From an uncultured Subdoligranulum sp. (GTDB lineage: Bacteria; Bacillota; Clostridia; Oscillospirales; Ruminococcaceae): a stretch of 53,695 bases of DNA. The stretch is taken from NCBI GenBank assembly GCA_964542725.1, contig CAZIVF010000002.1, positions 1 through 53,695 on the forward strand, read 5' to 3'. The position numbers and the translations under genes are program-made. Positions 25,032-34,105 of this stretch are shown one piece after another (within the stretch, counting starts at the first letter, position 1; every line of letters starts with the position of its first letter). The notes beneath the pieces are model-generated. The model was not told the DNA's origin and ran no database searches. It was given only the letters and a program-made list of their open reading frames with translations.

Positions 25032-26912
25032 ATGGAAGAGCTGTTCAGTGTTGCCTATCTGGCGGTCTTCCTGGCGGCGGGGATCCTGGCCGCCAGGAAG
25101 ATTCTGCCGGGGGAACCGCTCGCGCTGACGGCACCGCTGGGCTGCGGTTTCGGCGTGGCGCTGCTGGCGGCGCTGCCCGCAGCGCTGGCGGTTTTTCTGG
25201 GATTCCGGCTGCCCGCCCTGCTGCTGGCGCTGGCCTTGGCGGCGGCGCTGGGCCTTTGGCTGGCCCGCCGCCAGCCGCCCCGCGCCCGCGCGGCGGACCC
25301 GGACGCCCCGGCGATGCTGGCTTGCCTGCTGCCGCTCTTGGCAGTGACGGCGGCGCTGCTGTACACCCATGTGCTGCGCCCCGTGAACGGGACTTACCAC
25401 ACCGGCCAAAGCTGCTACGGCGATCTGGCGATGCATCTGGGCTTTATCAAAAACATTGCGGTGACAGGGGATCTTCCGCCCGCCTACCCTTTGCTGGGCG
25501 GGGAACACCGCTTCGGCTACCCGTTCCTGTGCGAGACGGTGTCCAGCATTTTTGTTGTGCTGGGGGCATCGCTGCGCACCGCCTATCTGCTGCCCATGGC
25601 GGCGGCCTTCGTCTCGGTCTACGGTATGCTGTGGCAGCTGGCGCGGCGGGTGCTGGGCAGCGCCGGCAAGGCCAGCCTGGCCTACTGGCTCTTTTTGATG
25701 GGAAGCGGCTTCGGCTTCCTGTATTTCACCGGCAGCGCGGCGGCGTTTGCAGGCATCTTCACCGGCTTTTACACCACGCCCACCAACTATGTGCAGGAGA
25801 ACATCCTCTGGGTGAACCCCGTCGTGGATCTGCTGCTTCCCCAGCGGGCGACGCTGTTCGGCTGGTGCGTTCTCTTCCCCGCGCTCTATCTGTTCTGGCG
25901 GTTCTGTTACGAGGGGGAGAGCGCTCTCTGGAAGCCCCTGGCTCTGCTGGTGCTGCCCCTGCCGCTGCTGCACACCCACAGTGCGTTGGCGCTGGTGTTG
26001 ATCTGCCTGGTGGGCGGGGTGTATACCCTGCTGCGCCGCCCCCGCACCCGGACGGTGCTGCTGCCCTGGCTGGGGTTTGCGGCGCTGTGCGGCGCAGTAT
26101 GGCTGGCCGAGATGTGGAATACCGTCTTCGCGCAATCCCTGGATGGGCAGAACATGCTGCGGCTCCACTTCAACTGGGTCAACGGCGGTGAGGATGGCAC
26201 CCTGACAGACAACTACTTTTGGTTTTACTGCAAGAACATCGGGCTGGTTTATCTTTTGCTGCTCCCCGCCTTTTTTCACGCCCGGCCCAAGCAGCGGTGG
26301 CTGTACGGCGGTGGGCTGTTGATCCTGGCGGCGGCGGAGTTCATCGTCTTCCAGCCCAATCTGTACGATAACAATAAGCTGCTGTTCGTCTGGCATATGC
26401 TGGGCTGCCTGCTGGCAGCGAACCTGCTGGCGGATCTGTTCGGCCGGGTGCGGGCTACCGCCTGGCGGGCGCTGGGGCTGACGGTCTGCTGTTTTTTGGC
26501 GATGTTCGGCAGCGTGCTGACGCTGGGGCGGGAGCTTTTGAGCGACTACCAGCAGTGGAGCGGGGATGAGATCGCTCTGGCGGCCTATGTGGACGAAAAT
26601 GCCGAGGCGGACGCGCTGTTCCTCACCGGCGACAGCCACCTGACGGCGGTGTTCAGCCTGGCGGGGCGGCGCATCCTGTGCGGCTCGGGCAGCTTTGTCT
26701 ACTACCACGGCATGGACTATGCCGCCGAGTACAACGCAATGTACACCCTGTACGAGTCCCCCGACGAGGCGACGCTGGCCGCCTGGGACATCGATTATGT
26801 CCTGTTTGACAGCTATGTGTACAGCCATTTTGCCGCCGAGGAAGCCTGGTATGCCAGCCGGTATCCGCTGTGGTACGACGGCGGCGGCGGCAGGATCTAT
26901 AAGATAGAATAA
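25032..26912 (+). CDS. polytopic membrane protein, probable GT-C fold glycosyltransferase
   Basis: More than 10 TM helices, loop motifs YGDLAMH, YPFL, LPQR, FQPNLYDNNK, and a soluble C-terminal domain (SLAGRR...IDYV). Confidence 0.7.
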   Translation: MEELFSVAYLAVFLAAGILAARKILPGEPLALTAPLGCGFGVALLAALPAALAVFLGFRLPALLLALALAAALGLWLARRQPPRARAADPDAPAMLACLLPLLAVTAALLYTHVLRPVNGTYHTGQSCYGDLAMHLGFIKNIAVTGDLPPAYPLLGGEHRFGYPFLCETVSSIFVVLGASLRTAYLLPMAAAFVSVYGMLWQLARRVLGSAGKASLAYWLFLMGSGFGFLYFTGSAAAFAGIFTGFYTTPTNYVQENILWVNPVVDLLLPQRATLFGWCVLFPALYLFWRFCYEGESALWKPLALLVLPLPLLHTHSALALVLICLVGGVYTLLRRPRTRTVLLPWLGFAALCGAVWLAEMWNTVFAQSLDGQNMLRLHFNWVNGGEDGTLTDNYFWFYCKNIGLVYLLLLPAFFHARPKQRWLYGGGLLILAAAEFIVFQPNLYDNNKLLFVWHMLGCLLAANLLADLFGRVRATAWRALGLTVCCFLAMFGSVLTLGRELLSDYQQWSGDEIALAAYVDENAEADALFLTGDSHLTAVFSLAGRRILCGSGSFVYYHGMDYAAEYNAMYTLYESPDEATLAAWDIDYVLFDSYVYSHFAAEEAWYASRYPLWYDGGGGRIYKIE

Positions 26913-26917
26913 AGCGG

Positions 26918-26952
26918 CGCGCCGCAGGATGGCCATCCTGCGGCGCGTTTTT
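26918..26952 (+). terminator. rho-independent terminator
   Basis: CGCGCCGCAGGAT-ggcc-ATCCTGCGGCGCG followed by T5. Confidence 0.85.
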
Positions 26953-26962
26953 GGCGGCTTAT

Positions 26963-27781
26963 CTACTTGTTTTTGGGGCTGGCGGCGCGGCGGCGGGTGG
27001 TCTTGGACGCCTTTGTGGTTTTGGCGGTCTTGCGGGGGGCCGGTACCTTTTTGACCCGCACGAATTGGATCGGGTTGCCGTTGGCCAGCAGCCGCTCCTC
27101 CACCTCCAGCTCAACGAAGGAATCCAGGAACTTATTCAGGCTCTTGCTGCCGAAGTTGCGCACGTCAAAGTCGGGGTAGCGCTTGATCAGCTGATCGCCC
27201 ACCCGGGAGGTGCGCACCCAGCCGGTGCCGTCGTCCATCTCCTCGATCAGGCCGCGCACCAGCTTACTCACCGAATCCCGGTTGATGGCGGTGTCGTCGC
27301 TGGCCTGGGGTTCTGCCGGGGGAAGGGCCTCCGGCTCCGGCTCGCTGTGATCCAGCAGCAGGTCCAGATACTTGAACTGATCGCAGGCTTTGACGAAGGG
27401 GCCAAGGGTCTTGCTCTCCCCCATGCCGATGACCAGCTTGCCGGACTCCCGCAGGCGGGCGGCCAGGCGGGTGAAATCACTGTCTGAGGAGACGATGCAG
27501 AAGCCGTCCACACTGCCGGAATAGAGCAGGTCCATGGCGTCGATAATCATGGCCGAGTCGGTGGCGTTCTTGCCGGTGGTGTAGCTGTACTGCTGCATGG
27601 GGATGATAGAGTTGTTGAGCAGCTGGTCTTTCCAGCTTTTCAGGCGCACGTCGGACCAGTCGCCATAGATGCGCTTACAGGTGGCAACGCCGAAGTTGGC
27701 GGCCTCGTCCAGAATCACTTTGACATATTTGGGCGAGATATTGTCGGCGTCAATCAAAACCGCGAGTTTCAAATCTTGCAT
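26963..27781 (-). CDS. NYN domain (PIN-like, LabA/DUF88) protein with OST-HTH/LOTUS domain
   Basis: LIDADN, KRIYGDW, GKNATDSAMIIDAMDLL, VSSDSDF, and the OST-HTH segment GWV...G...PDFDVRNFG. Confidence 0.9.
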   Translation of the reverse strand: MQDLKLAVLIDADNISPKYVKVILDEAANFGVATCKRIYGDWSDVRLKSWKDQLLNNSIIPMQQYSYTTGKNATDSAMIIDAMDLLYSGSVDGFCIVSSDSDFTRLAARLRESGKLVIGMGESKTLGPFVKACDQFKYLDLLLDHSEPEPEALPPAEPQASDDTAINRDSVSKLVRGLIEEMDDGTGWVRTSRVGDQLIKRYPDFDVRNFGSKSLNKFLDSFVELEVEERLLANGNPIQFVRVKKVPAPRKTAKTTKASKTTRRRAASPKNK

Positions 27782-27803
27782 GATGACCTCTTATTCAGTT
27801 GAA

Positions 27804-28931
27804 TCAATGTCGTTTTTCAAAATACATATACAGCTGGCAGGGGATCATACCGTTGTATATCTTGCGCCGTTTGGCGGCCTTTTTCCCAAAATGGTCCTCA
27901 AACTCGGCGTCGGCGGTGATGGCGTACAGCCCCGCGCCGGGCTGCCGCCGCCACACCGTTCCCAGCGTTTTGGCCAGCGCGGCGGCCTCGGCGGCATCGC
28001 CCAGGCGCTCGCCGTAGGGCGGGTTGGTCAGCACAACGGCGCCCGGCCGCGCCGTGAAGTCCTTGACGTCGGCCGCTTCAAAGCGGCAACGATCCCCCAC
28101 CCCCGCCAGCTTGGCGTTGGCGTTGGCCAGGGCCACGGCGGCAGGGTCGATGTCATAGCCGATCCCCTCGAAAGCGGCGTCCCGCCGGGTTTCCTCCAGG
28201 GCTTTCTGGCGCTGGAGCTTCCACACCTCCGGCGGCACAAAGTCAAACTGCTCGGCGGCGAACCGGCGGCGGAGGCCGGGCGCCAGGTTGAGGGCTTTCT
28301 GCGCCGCCTCGATCACCAGGGTGCCGGAGCCGCAGAAGGGATCCTGCACCAGGCTGTCCCGCCGGACATGGCCCAGATCCGCGATGGCGGCGGCCAGCGT
28401 CTCTTTGATGGGGGCCAGCGCGGCGTTGCGGCGGTAGCCGCGCTTGTGCAGGCCGTCGCCAGAGGTATCCAGCATTATCTCCGCCACATTTTTACGCAGC
28501 GCGAAACGGATCTTGTACAGCGCGCCGGTTTCGGGCAGGATCTGGGTCTTATGGCCGGCCTGGAGGCGCTTGACCACCGCCTTTTTGACAATGCTCTGGC
28601 AGGCCGGCACGCTGGACAGCTGACTGGACAGGCTGGACCCTTTGACGGGGAACTGGGCGTCGGGGGGAAGCAGTTCCTCCCAGGGGATGGCGTAGACGCC
28701 GTCGAACAGTTCGTCAAAGGTGGAAGCGGGGAAGGTTTTGAGCAGCAGCAACACCCGCTCTGCGGTGCGCAAATTCAGGTTGGCGGCGGCGATCACAGAG
28801 GCGTCGCCGGTGAACGCCACTCGACCGTCGGTAACTTTAACATCCTGCGCGCCCAGGCGGCGCACCTCGAAAGAGAGGGTGGACTCAGTGCCGAAAAAGC
28901 AGGGCGCCACAAGCGTATAGTTGGTGGGCAT
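27804..28931 (-). CDS. THUMP-domain class I SAM RNA methyltransferase (RlmL/YpsC-like)
   Basis: NLRTAERV, DTSGDGLHKRGYR, APIKETLAA, DPFCGSGT, TNPPYGERL. Confidence 0.92.
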   Translation of the reverse strand: MPTNYTLVAPCFFGTESTLSFEVRRLGAQDVKVTDGRVAFTGDASVIAAANLNLRTAERVLLLLKTFPASTFDELFDGVYAIPWEELLPPDAQFPVKGSSLSSQLSSVPACQSIVKKAVVKRLQAGHKTQILPETGALYKIRFALRKNVAEIMLDTSGDGLHKRGYRRNAALAPIKETLAAAIADLGHVRRDSLVQDPFCGSGTLVIEAAQKALNLAPGLRRRFAAEQFDFVPPEVWKLQRQKALEETRRDAAFEGIGYDIDPAAVALANANAKLAGVGDRCRFEAADVKDFTARPGAVVLTNPPYGERLGDAAEAAALAKTLGTVWRRQPGAGLYAITADAEFEDHFGKKAAKRRKIYNGMIPCQLYMYFEKRH

Positions 28932-28970
28932 AACGGTTCCTTTCAATTCTTACATGCCGGGGCGGCGGGC

Positions 28971-29005
28971 AAAAAGCAGAGCCTCTGCGGGAGCAGAGGC
29001 TCTGC
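28971..29005 (-). terminator. rho-independent terminator after the yabR-like gene
   Basis: perfect 13-bp IR GCAGAGCCTCTGC-ggga-GCAGAGGCTCTGC with T5 on the minus strand. Confidence 0.8.
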
Positions 29006-29014
29006 AAAGACAGC

Positions 29015-29470
29015 TTAACCCCGGCGGCGGGAGTAGCCGCCGCGATGGTTTTCCGTCACACGCTTGAGATCGGCGATCTTTTCCTCGCTCTGGGTCTTGT
29101 AGCGCGCCATCATATCCTCAAAGCTCAGGTTCCCCCGCGGCGCGGGCGGCTTGGGCTGCCACACCCGGGGCGGCGCCTCCCGCTTGGGACGCTGCTGGGG
29201 GCGCGGGCCGCTGGGTCGGGCGCCTCGCTCCGGCGCGGGCTGTGTGCGCTTGATGGACAGCGCGATCTTTCCATCGGGTGCGATGGAGATGACCTTCACC
29301 TTGACGGGCTGGCCTTCCTCCAGCACGGCAGAGAGATCCTGCACGAACTCGTAAGAGACCTCCGAAATGTGTACAAGGCCATTCTTGTTTTCCGGCAGAG
29401 AGACAAAAGCGCCAAACGGCTTGATGCCGGTGACTTTGCCCTCCACAATATCCCCAACCTGTAAAGCCAA
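29015..29470 (-). CDS. S1 RNA-binding domain protein (YabR-like)
   Basis: GKVTGIKPFGAFV, GLVHISEV, KIALSIK, SFEDMM...SEEK. Synteny after divIC. Confidence 0.9.
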   Translation of the reverse strand: MALQVGDIVEGKVTGIKPFGAFVSLPENKNGLVHISEVSYEFVQDLSAVLEEGQPVKVKVISIAPDGKIALSIKRTQPAPERGARPSGPRPQQRPKREAPPRVWQPKPPAPRGNLSFEDMMARYKTQSEEKIADLKRVTENHRGGYSRRRG

Positions 29471-29527
29471 GCTATGATACCCCTTTTTTTATATTCAGAA
29501 AGGATGCCGCAAAGCCCCTTACTGTGC

Positions 29528-29812
29528 TTATTTGCCGCTGATATCCACAAAGACGCGCTCATTGGGTTTGGCGTAGCCCTGCTCCCGGGCAATGCGCTCA
29601 ATGATGGCATCCTCACCGTCCTGCAGGGCGCGCTCCAGTTCGTCGTTGGCAGCCAGCTGGCTGTCCAGCTGGGCCTGCACGGCGGCAAGCTCCTGCTGCT
29701 TGGAACTGATTGTGACCTGGCAGCCGATCAGCGTAAAAAAGAGATAGCCGCACAGCAACACAATGCCCAGCGGAACCAGCCAGCGGGGAAAAAGCCCCCT
29801 ACGCTTTGCCAT
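29528..29812 (-). CDS. divIC: septum formation initiator DivIC/FtsB family
   Basis: TM helix, coiled coil, IERIAREQGYAKPNERVF. RBS AGGAGG. Confidence 0.85.
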   Translation of the reverse strand: MAKRRGLFPRWLVPLGIVLLCGYLFFTLIGCQVTISSKQQELAAVQAQLDSQLAANDELERALQDGEDAIIERIAREQGYAKPNERVFVDISGK

Positions 29813-29860
29813 GGCGGCCACCTCCTTTGCCTTGATTTGTATTGGTACACTTATGCATGG

Positions 29861-30325
29861 TTAATTATATAATACTTTGCTTGGCTTTTGCAACAGCTTT
29901 TTCTGATTTTTGGGCTTTTTCCGCAATTTTTGTGCAAAAAAAGTGCCGCCGAGGCAGATTTTTGCCGCAATAGGGCGCACCAGACGGCGGTTCGCCAGCC
30001 GGAAAGGCCAGACGATCATCCCCGCCAGCTGCCCCGCCAGGCGATGAACCGCGCCGGAAACCGCGTACCGCCATCCCAGCGCCCCCGCCAGCGTGCCGGC
30101 GGCCATATACCAGCGGGCCACGCCGCTGGAGGATACCCCGGCGGCAAAACCGCAGACCAGCACCGCCGCCCCCGCAAAGGCCAGCAGGTCCCACACAAGG
30201 CAGAGCAGGCGTCCGTTGCCGAACGCCAGCCCCAGGGCGTCCCGCGCCGCCGCCAGCAGCAGGCCGACGCCCAGGCACCAAAGCACGTCGCCGCAGACCG
30301 CCCCCAGGGCGGGCGAGGCGGCCAC
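29861..30325 (-). CDS. yabQ: spore cortex protein YabQ-like
   Basis: Hydrophobic, WDLL and G..RWY motifs, located between yabP and divIC. Confidence 0.65.
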   Translation of the reverse strand: MAASPALGAVCGDVLWCLGVGLLLAAARDALGLAFGNGRLLCLVWDLLAFAGAAVLVCGFAAGVSSSGVARWYMAAGTLAGALGWRYAVSGAVHRLAGQLAGMIVWPFRLANRRLVRPIAAKICLGGTFFAQKLRKKPKNQKKLLQKPSKVLYN

Positions 30326-30630
30326 TACTTGAGGAGGCGGGCCAGCAGGCTGCCGCCGCTCTGCCGGTTCTCAGCGTACTGCAGGTATTCGATCTTGCCG
30401 GAGATGTTCACCTGGCCAGTGTGGACCGAAAGTTCGCTGACCTGTATCCCCTGCCCGCCCACCGTGAGATTGCCCAGCGGCGTCTCCAGCATCGCGCCGG
30501 TCTCGTCGCAGCTGATAACGCGGGTCACACCGGTTAGTGTCAGCTGCCGGCGGTCCCGCAGGGTCAAGGTATGTTCCCGCCCCGGTGCGGCGGCCAGGGT
30601 ATGGGCTGGCTCGTTTTTGTTCTCCGGCAT
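30325..30630 (-). CDS. yabP: sporulation protein YabP
   Basis: HTLTLRDRRQLTLTGVTRVISCDE...LETPLGNLTVGG...G.I..L.Y. Confidence 0.85.
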   Translation of the reverse strand: MPENKNEPAHTLAAAPGREHTLTLRDRRQLTLTGVTRVISCDETGAMLETPLGNLTVGGQGIQVSELSVHTGQVNISGKIEYLQYAENRQSGGSLLARLLK

Positions 30631-30664
30631 GGCTTGCCCCTCCTCGATCTGGTCTACACAAAAC

Positions 30665-30692
30665 AATGTATGCGGCTCAGGCGGGTTTTAGA
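30665..30692 (-). promoter_or_regulatory. sigma-E-like sporulation promoter of yabP
   Basis: Minus strand TCTAAAA-13-CATACATT. CATACA-T is the Bacillus sigma-E -10 consensus, and yabP is sigma-E-controlled in B. subtilis. Confidence 0.6.
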
Positions 30693-30747
30693 ACGGCGGC
30701 GGGGCGGATTATTTTGCACCGGGGCGGCAGAAAGGCGCGCCGGTGGC

Positions 30748-30993
30748 TTACACCTCGATGACTTCGTACAGTTCGCGGGCCACATCCTTGCCCTTCGGCT
30801 CGTCGATGGAGAGCACCCGCACCTTGACGGGGCGGTTGCCGAAGGTGATCTCGATCTCGTCGCCGGGTTTGACGGCGTAGCTGGCCTTGGCGGCCTTGCC
30901 GTTGACCAGCACCCGCCCCGCGTCGGCAACCTCATTGGCGAGGGTGCGGCGCTTGATCAGGCGGCTGACCTTCAAATACTTGTCCAATCGCAT
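30748..30993 (-). CDS. rqcP: S4 domain RNA-binding protein YabO/RqcP
   Basis: MRLDKYLKVSRLIKRRTLANE...GRV.VNG. Confidence 0.9.
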   Translation of the reverse strand: MRLDKYLKVSRLIKRRTLANEVADAGRVLVNGKAAKASYAVKPGDEIEITFGNRPVKVRVLSIDEPKGKDVARELYEVIEV

Positions 30994-31026
30994 GGAAACT
31001 ACTCCTTCCCCGGAGGGCTTTATAAG

Positions 31027-31060
31027 AAAAGCACCCCGTTGCCATGCGGCGGCGGGGTGC
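31027..31060 (-). terminator. terminator after hup
   Basis: GCACCCCGTTGCC-atgc-GGCGGCGGGGTGC with a T-run on the minus strand. Confidence 0.65.
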
Positions 31061-31076
31061 GGCTTGCGCCGGTGGA

Positions 31077-31349
31077 TTACTGCACAGCGTCCTTCAGAAC
31101 CTTGCCGGCCTTGAAAGCGGGCAGCTTGGAAGCGGCGATGGTGATCTCCTCCTTGGTCTGCGGGTTGCGGCCTTTGCGCTCGGAGCGCTCACGAACCTCG
31201 AAGGTGCCGAAGCCCACCAAAGAGACCTTGTCGCCATCCTTCAGGGCGGCGGTGATTGCGCTCAGCGCGCTGTTGACAGCCTTCTCGGCGTCCTTTTTGG
31301 TCAAGCCGGCATCGTTGGCAACGGCGGCGATCAGATCAACTTTCGTCAT
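31077..31349 (-). CDS. hup: DNA-binding protein HU
   Basis: [22 protein letters not shown]...PAFKAGK. Confidence 0.96.
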   Translation of the reverse strand: MTKVDLIAAVANDAGLTKKDAEKAVNSALSAITAALKDGDKVSLVGFGTFEVRERSERKGRNPQTKEEITIAASKLPAFKAGKVLKDAVQ

Positions 31350-31482
31350 TGTTTTGTACCTCCACAAAATATATCAGCAAAAAGCGGGTTCTCGGGACTG
31401 CCCCGGCATGGGGCCGCCGCGCCATCCGCGCGCAGCGGTTCCGCCCTGCGCAGGGCAGCACCTTTATAAAACCGCCCTCGGC

Positions 31483-32166
31483 TCAAGATTTTTGCGCTGC
31501 CTCGGCCACGAAGGCCTCATTGCAGCGCTGCAGCGCCTGCTCAGGGTCCACCCCGGCGCTGCGGGCCAGTGCCGCCGCGCTGAACAGCAGTTCCCCCACG
31601 GCGGCTTCTGCGGCAACCTCGTCCGGCGCGGCCTGCACCGATTGGGCGGCCGCCGCCACCGCGGACGCATCGGCCGCCGTGGGGCAGCCGTAGCGTTCCG
31701 CCCGTTCCTGCAGCTTGGCGGCGCGCATCAGGGCGGGCATCGCTTTGGGTACGCTCTCCAGATCCTGGGTCAGGGTCAGGCGGCCCTTTTCCTTATTTTT
31801 GAGCGCCTCCCAATCGTTTATGCTTTGGGGATCGGGATTTTTTCCGAAGATATGCGGGTGCCTGCCGATCAGCTTGCGGCAGACGCCGTCGCAGACCTGG
31901 GGCCAGGCAAACCGCCCCCGCTCCGCCTCGATCTGGGTGTGAAAGACGACCTGCATCAGCACGTCGCCCAATTCCTCGCACAGCAACGCAGCGTCGTCCA
32001 GGTCAAGGGCATCCACCGCCTCGTAGGCTTCCTCCAGGAAATTCATTCGGATGGACTGATGATCCTGCACCTTATCCCAGGGGCATCCCGTCTCGGGGTC
32101 GCGCAGGCGGGCGATGATCTCCACAAGGTCCTGCGCGGTATACAGTTTTTCTTGGTTTTCCTTCAT
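31483..32166 (-). CDS. mazG: MazG family nucleoside triphosphate pyrophosphohydrolase (short form)
   Basis: LRDPETGCPWD..Q, EEAYE, EELGDVLMQVVFH, KLIGRHPHIFG. Confidence 0.88.
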   Translation of the reverse strand: MKENQEKLYTAQDLVEIIARLRDPETGCPWDKVQDHQSIRMNFLEEAYEAVDALDLDDAALLCEELGDVLMQVVFHTQIEAERGRFAWPQVCDGVCRKLIGRHPHIFGKNPDPQSINDWEALKNKEKGRLTLTQDLESVPKAMPALMRAAKLQERAERYGCPTAADASAVAAAAQSVQAAPDEVAAEAAVGELLFSAAALARSAGVDPEQALQRCNEAFVAEAAQKS

Positions 32167-32223
32167 GGTCACTCGCCGCCGACGCCCCTTTGCCCGCAGT
32201 GAACAAAAAGGGTAACATGCAAC

Positions 32224-32251
32224 ATTCTACTCCCAATTCAAAATTTGTCAA
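32224..32251 (-). promoter_or_regulatory. sigma-A promoter of mazG
   Basis: minus strand TTGACA-16-TAGAAT. Confidence 0.7.
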
Positions 32252-32405
32252 GTGAGGCGGCGGTCCTTCCCGGGGCGCAAAGGGCGGTCGGGCGGCGCTT
32301 ACACACGGAAAAGCGCCGGCAGCGTTCAACGTGCCAACGGCATTTTTGCTGCTTGGAACATTCCACGCCACCGGCTGCGGTGTACTTGCCGCCTTACAGA
32401 TTTTT

Positions 32406-32876
32406 TTACAACTGCGCGCCGCAGTGGTTGCAGAAGAGAGCGTCGCCGTCCACCTCGGCACTGCAGACCGGGCAGGTCTTGGTCTCGCCGCGGAGCTTGA
32501 CCGGCTCCTCCTCGATGACCTCCTCCTCGGCGGGGGCCTTCTCAACCGGCGCGGCCTCCTCCGCCTCGGCGGTCTCGGCCTCCGCCTCAGCGCACTCCTC
32601 GGGGGTCATGCTGGCCTTCAGCGTCTCGATGGCCGTCTCAATCTCGGCAATGGCCTCGATATACTTATCGACCAAGGGCTGGTTCTCCTCGCCGGATTTA
32701 TGCAGGCTGTAGACCAGCGCGCCCAGCTGGCGCTGCGCCTTGGACAGACGCGCCTGCTGGTTGACCAGATCCAGCTGGCTTTTGCCTTTGTCTGCGATAT
32801 CCAGGGCGGTCTTCTTGGCGGTATCCACCAGCTGCAAGCCCTGCTCCTTCAGCATCTCAATATCCAATTCGAACAT
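32406..32876 (-). CDS. coiled-coil protein with C-terminal zinc ribbon
   Basis: helical N-terminus, acidic E/A-rich linker, CPVC...FCNHCG. Confidence 0.8.
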   Translation of the reverse strand: MFELDIEMLKEQGLQLVDTAKKTALDIADKGKSQLDLVNQQARLSKAQRQLGALVYSLHKSGEENQPLVDKYIEAIAEIETAIETLKASMTPEECAEAEAETAEAEEAAPVEKAPAEEEVIEEEPVKLRGETKTCPVCSAEVDGDALFCNHCGAQL

Positions 32877-32935
32877 AGTAATGCACCTCTTTCTTGCGGG
32901 CTGCGCGGGGTTCGCGCCTGCCTCATAGTGTTTCC

Positions 32936-32964
32936 ATTATATCCCAAGTTCCCTCGGTTTGCAA
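32936..32964 (-). promoter_or_regulatory. sigma-A promoter
   Basis: minus strand TTGCAA-17-TATAAT. Confidence 0.7.
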
Positions 32965-33166
32965 TGCAGTTTTGCAAAGTTTTATATGGTTTCCGTAAAT
33001 TATTTTAAAAAATTTCGTGAACTTTTTAGGCCGCGCTGTCAGTTCCCCCCAGCGATACGGTGAGCGGGCGGCGCCGCAGCCAATAGGAACGCGCCGGGCC
33101 GGATGGCATGCCGGGCATTTCCCCCGCCAGCGGTGCTCTGGGCGCGCCGTGCATTGCGCGGAGCCT

Positions 33167-34105
33167 TCACAGTTCCGCCCCGCCCGCGCCGATAAATTCT
33201 CGCAGCATACTGTCTGCCGGGACCAGCGAGGTCTGAACCGGCGGGAAAACCGCCATCCGTTCACACAGCGCGGCGAAGCGGGCGGCATTGGGGCTGCCCG
33301 GGCGCAGCTTGCCCTGCTCGGCGGCCAGCAGCGGCCCCCAGAGGCAGACCTCGTAGCTGTGGGTGGTATCCAGGATTGCGTCAGCCAGGGACTTATAAAC
33401 CTTGATATAGCGGTCCTCGCTCTCACAGACATGGTCCCACAGGTCCAGCGTAAAATCCGGTTCGTGGCCGCGGAACAGCGCGTCCCGCACCAGGCGGCGG
33501 GCCAGGCGGATATCCCGGGTGGCCAGGCAGCGCGCGCCGCCGGGGCCGGTGTACTCCTCCCGCAGGCTGGCATAGATGCGGAAGACCGCCTGCTGGGGCA
33601 GATGGTCGGTCAGCGCCGGGTTGAGGGCATGCAGTCCCTCGACGATGACCAGGCCGTCACGGCAGTCAATCTCTTGGCTGCCCCCCGGCATCTGGGTGAG
33701 AAAATCAAACACGGGGGCCTGGCAGCGGCCCGTCTCATGCAGTTGGCGCAGGCAGTCCCGCAGTAGCGGCAGGTCGAGGGCTTCCAGACATTCGTAATCG
33801 TCGGCGCCATCCGCCCGCTTGGGGTAGCGGCCCTCGCCGACAAAGAAGTCATCCAGGCTGATCACCGTGCTGCTTCTGCCGCGGGCTTCCACCGCCGCCG
33901 CCAGTTTGTTGGCCGAGGTGGTCTTGCCGGTGGCCGAAGGGCCGGTGAGCATAGCGATGCGTCGCCCCGACTCCACCAGCTGCCCGGCCAGGGAATCGAT
34001 GCGCGCCCGGTAGCTCCGCTCACACAGGGCGGCGAAAGGCTCGGGCCGGCTGGCCGCCAGCGCAATCAGCTCACAGCCGACCAGCCGCTTGGGCGTAAGT
34101 CTCAT
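33167..34105 (-). CDS. nucleoside (uridine) kinase-like P-loop protein
   Basis: GPSATGKTT, ISLDDFF, VEGLHALN, RLARRLVRD..FRG. Confidence 0.85.
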   Translation of the reverse strand: MRLTPKRLVGCELIALAASRPEPFAALCERSYRARIDSLAGQLVESGRRIAMLTGPSATGKTTSANKLAAAVEARGRSSTVISLDDFFVGEGRYPKRADGADDYECLEALDLPLLRDCLRQLHETGRCQAPVFDFLTQMPGGSQEIDCRDGLVIVEGLHALNPALTDHLPQQAVFRIYASLREEYTGPGGARCLATRDIRLARRLVRDALFRGHEPDFTLDLWDHVCESEDRYIKVYKSLADAILDTTHSYEVCLWGPLLAAEQGKLRPGSPNAARFAALCERMAVFPPVQTSLVPADSMLREFIGAGGAEL

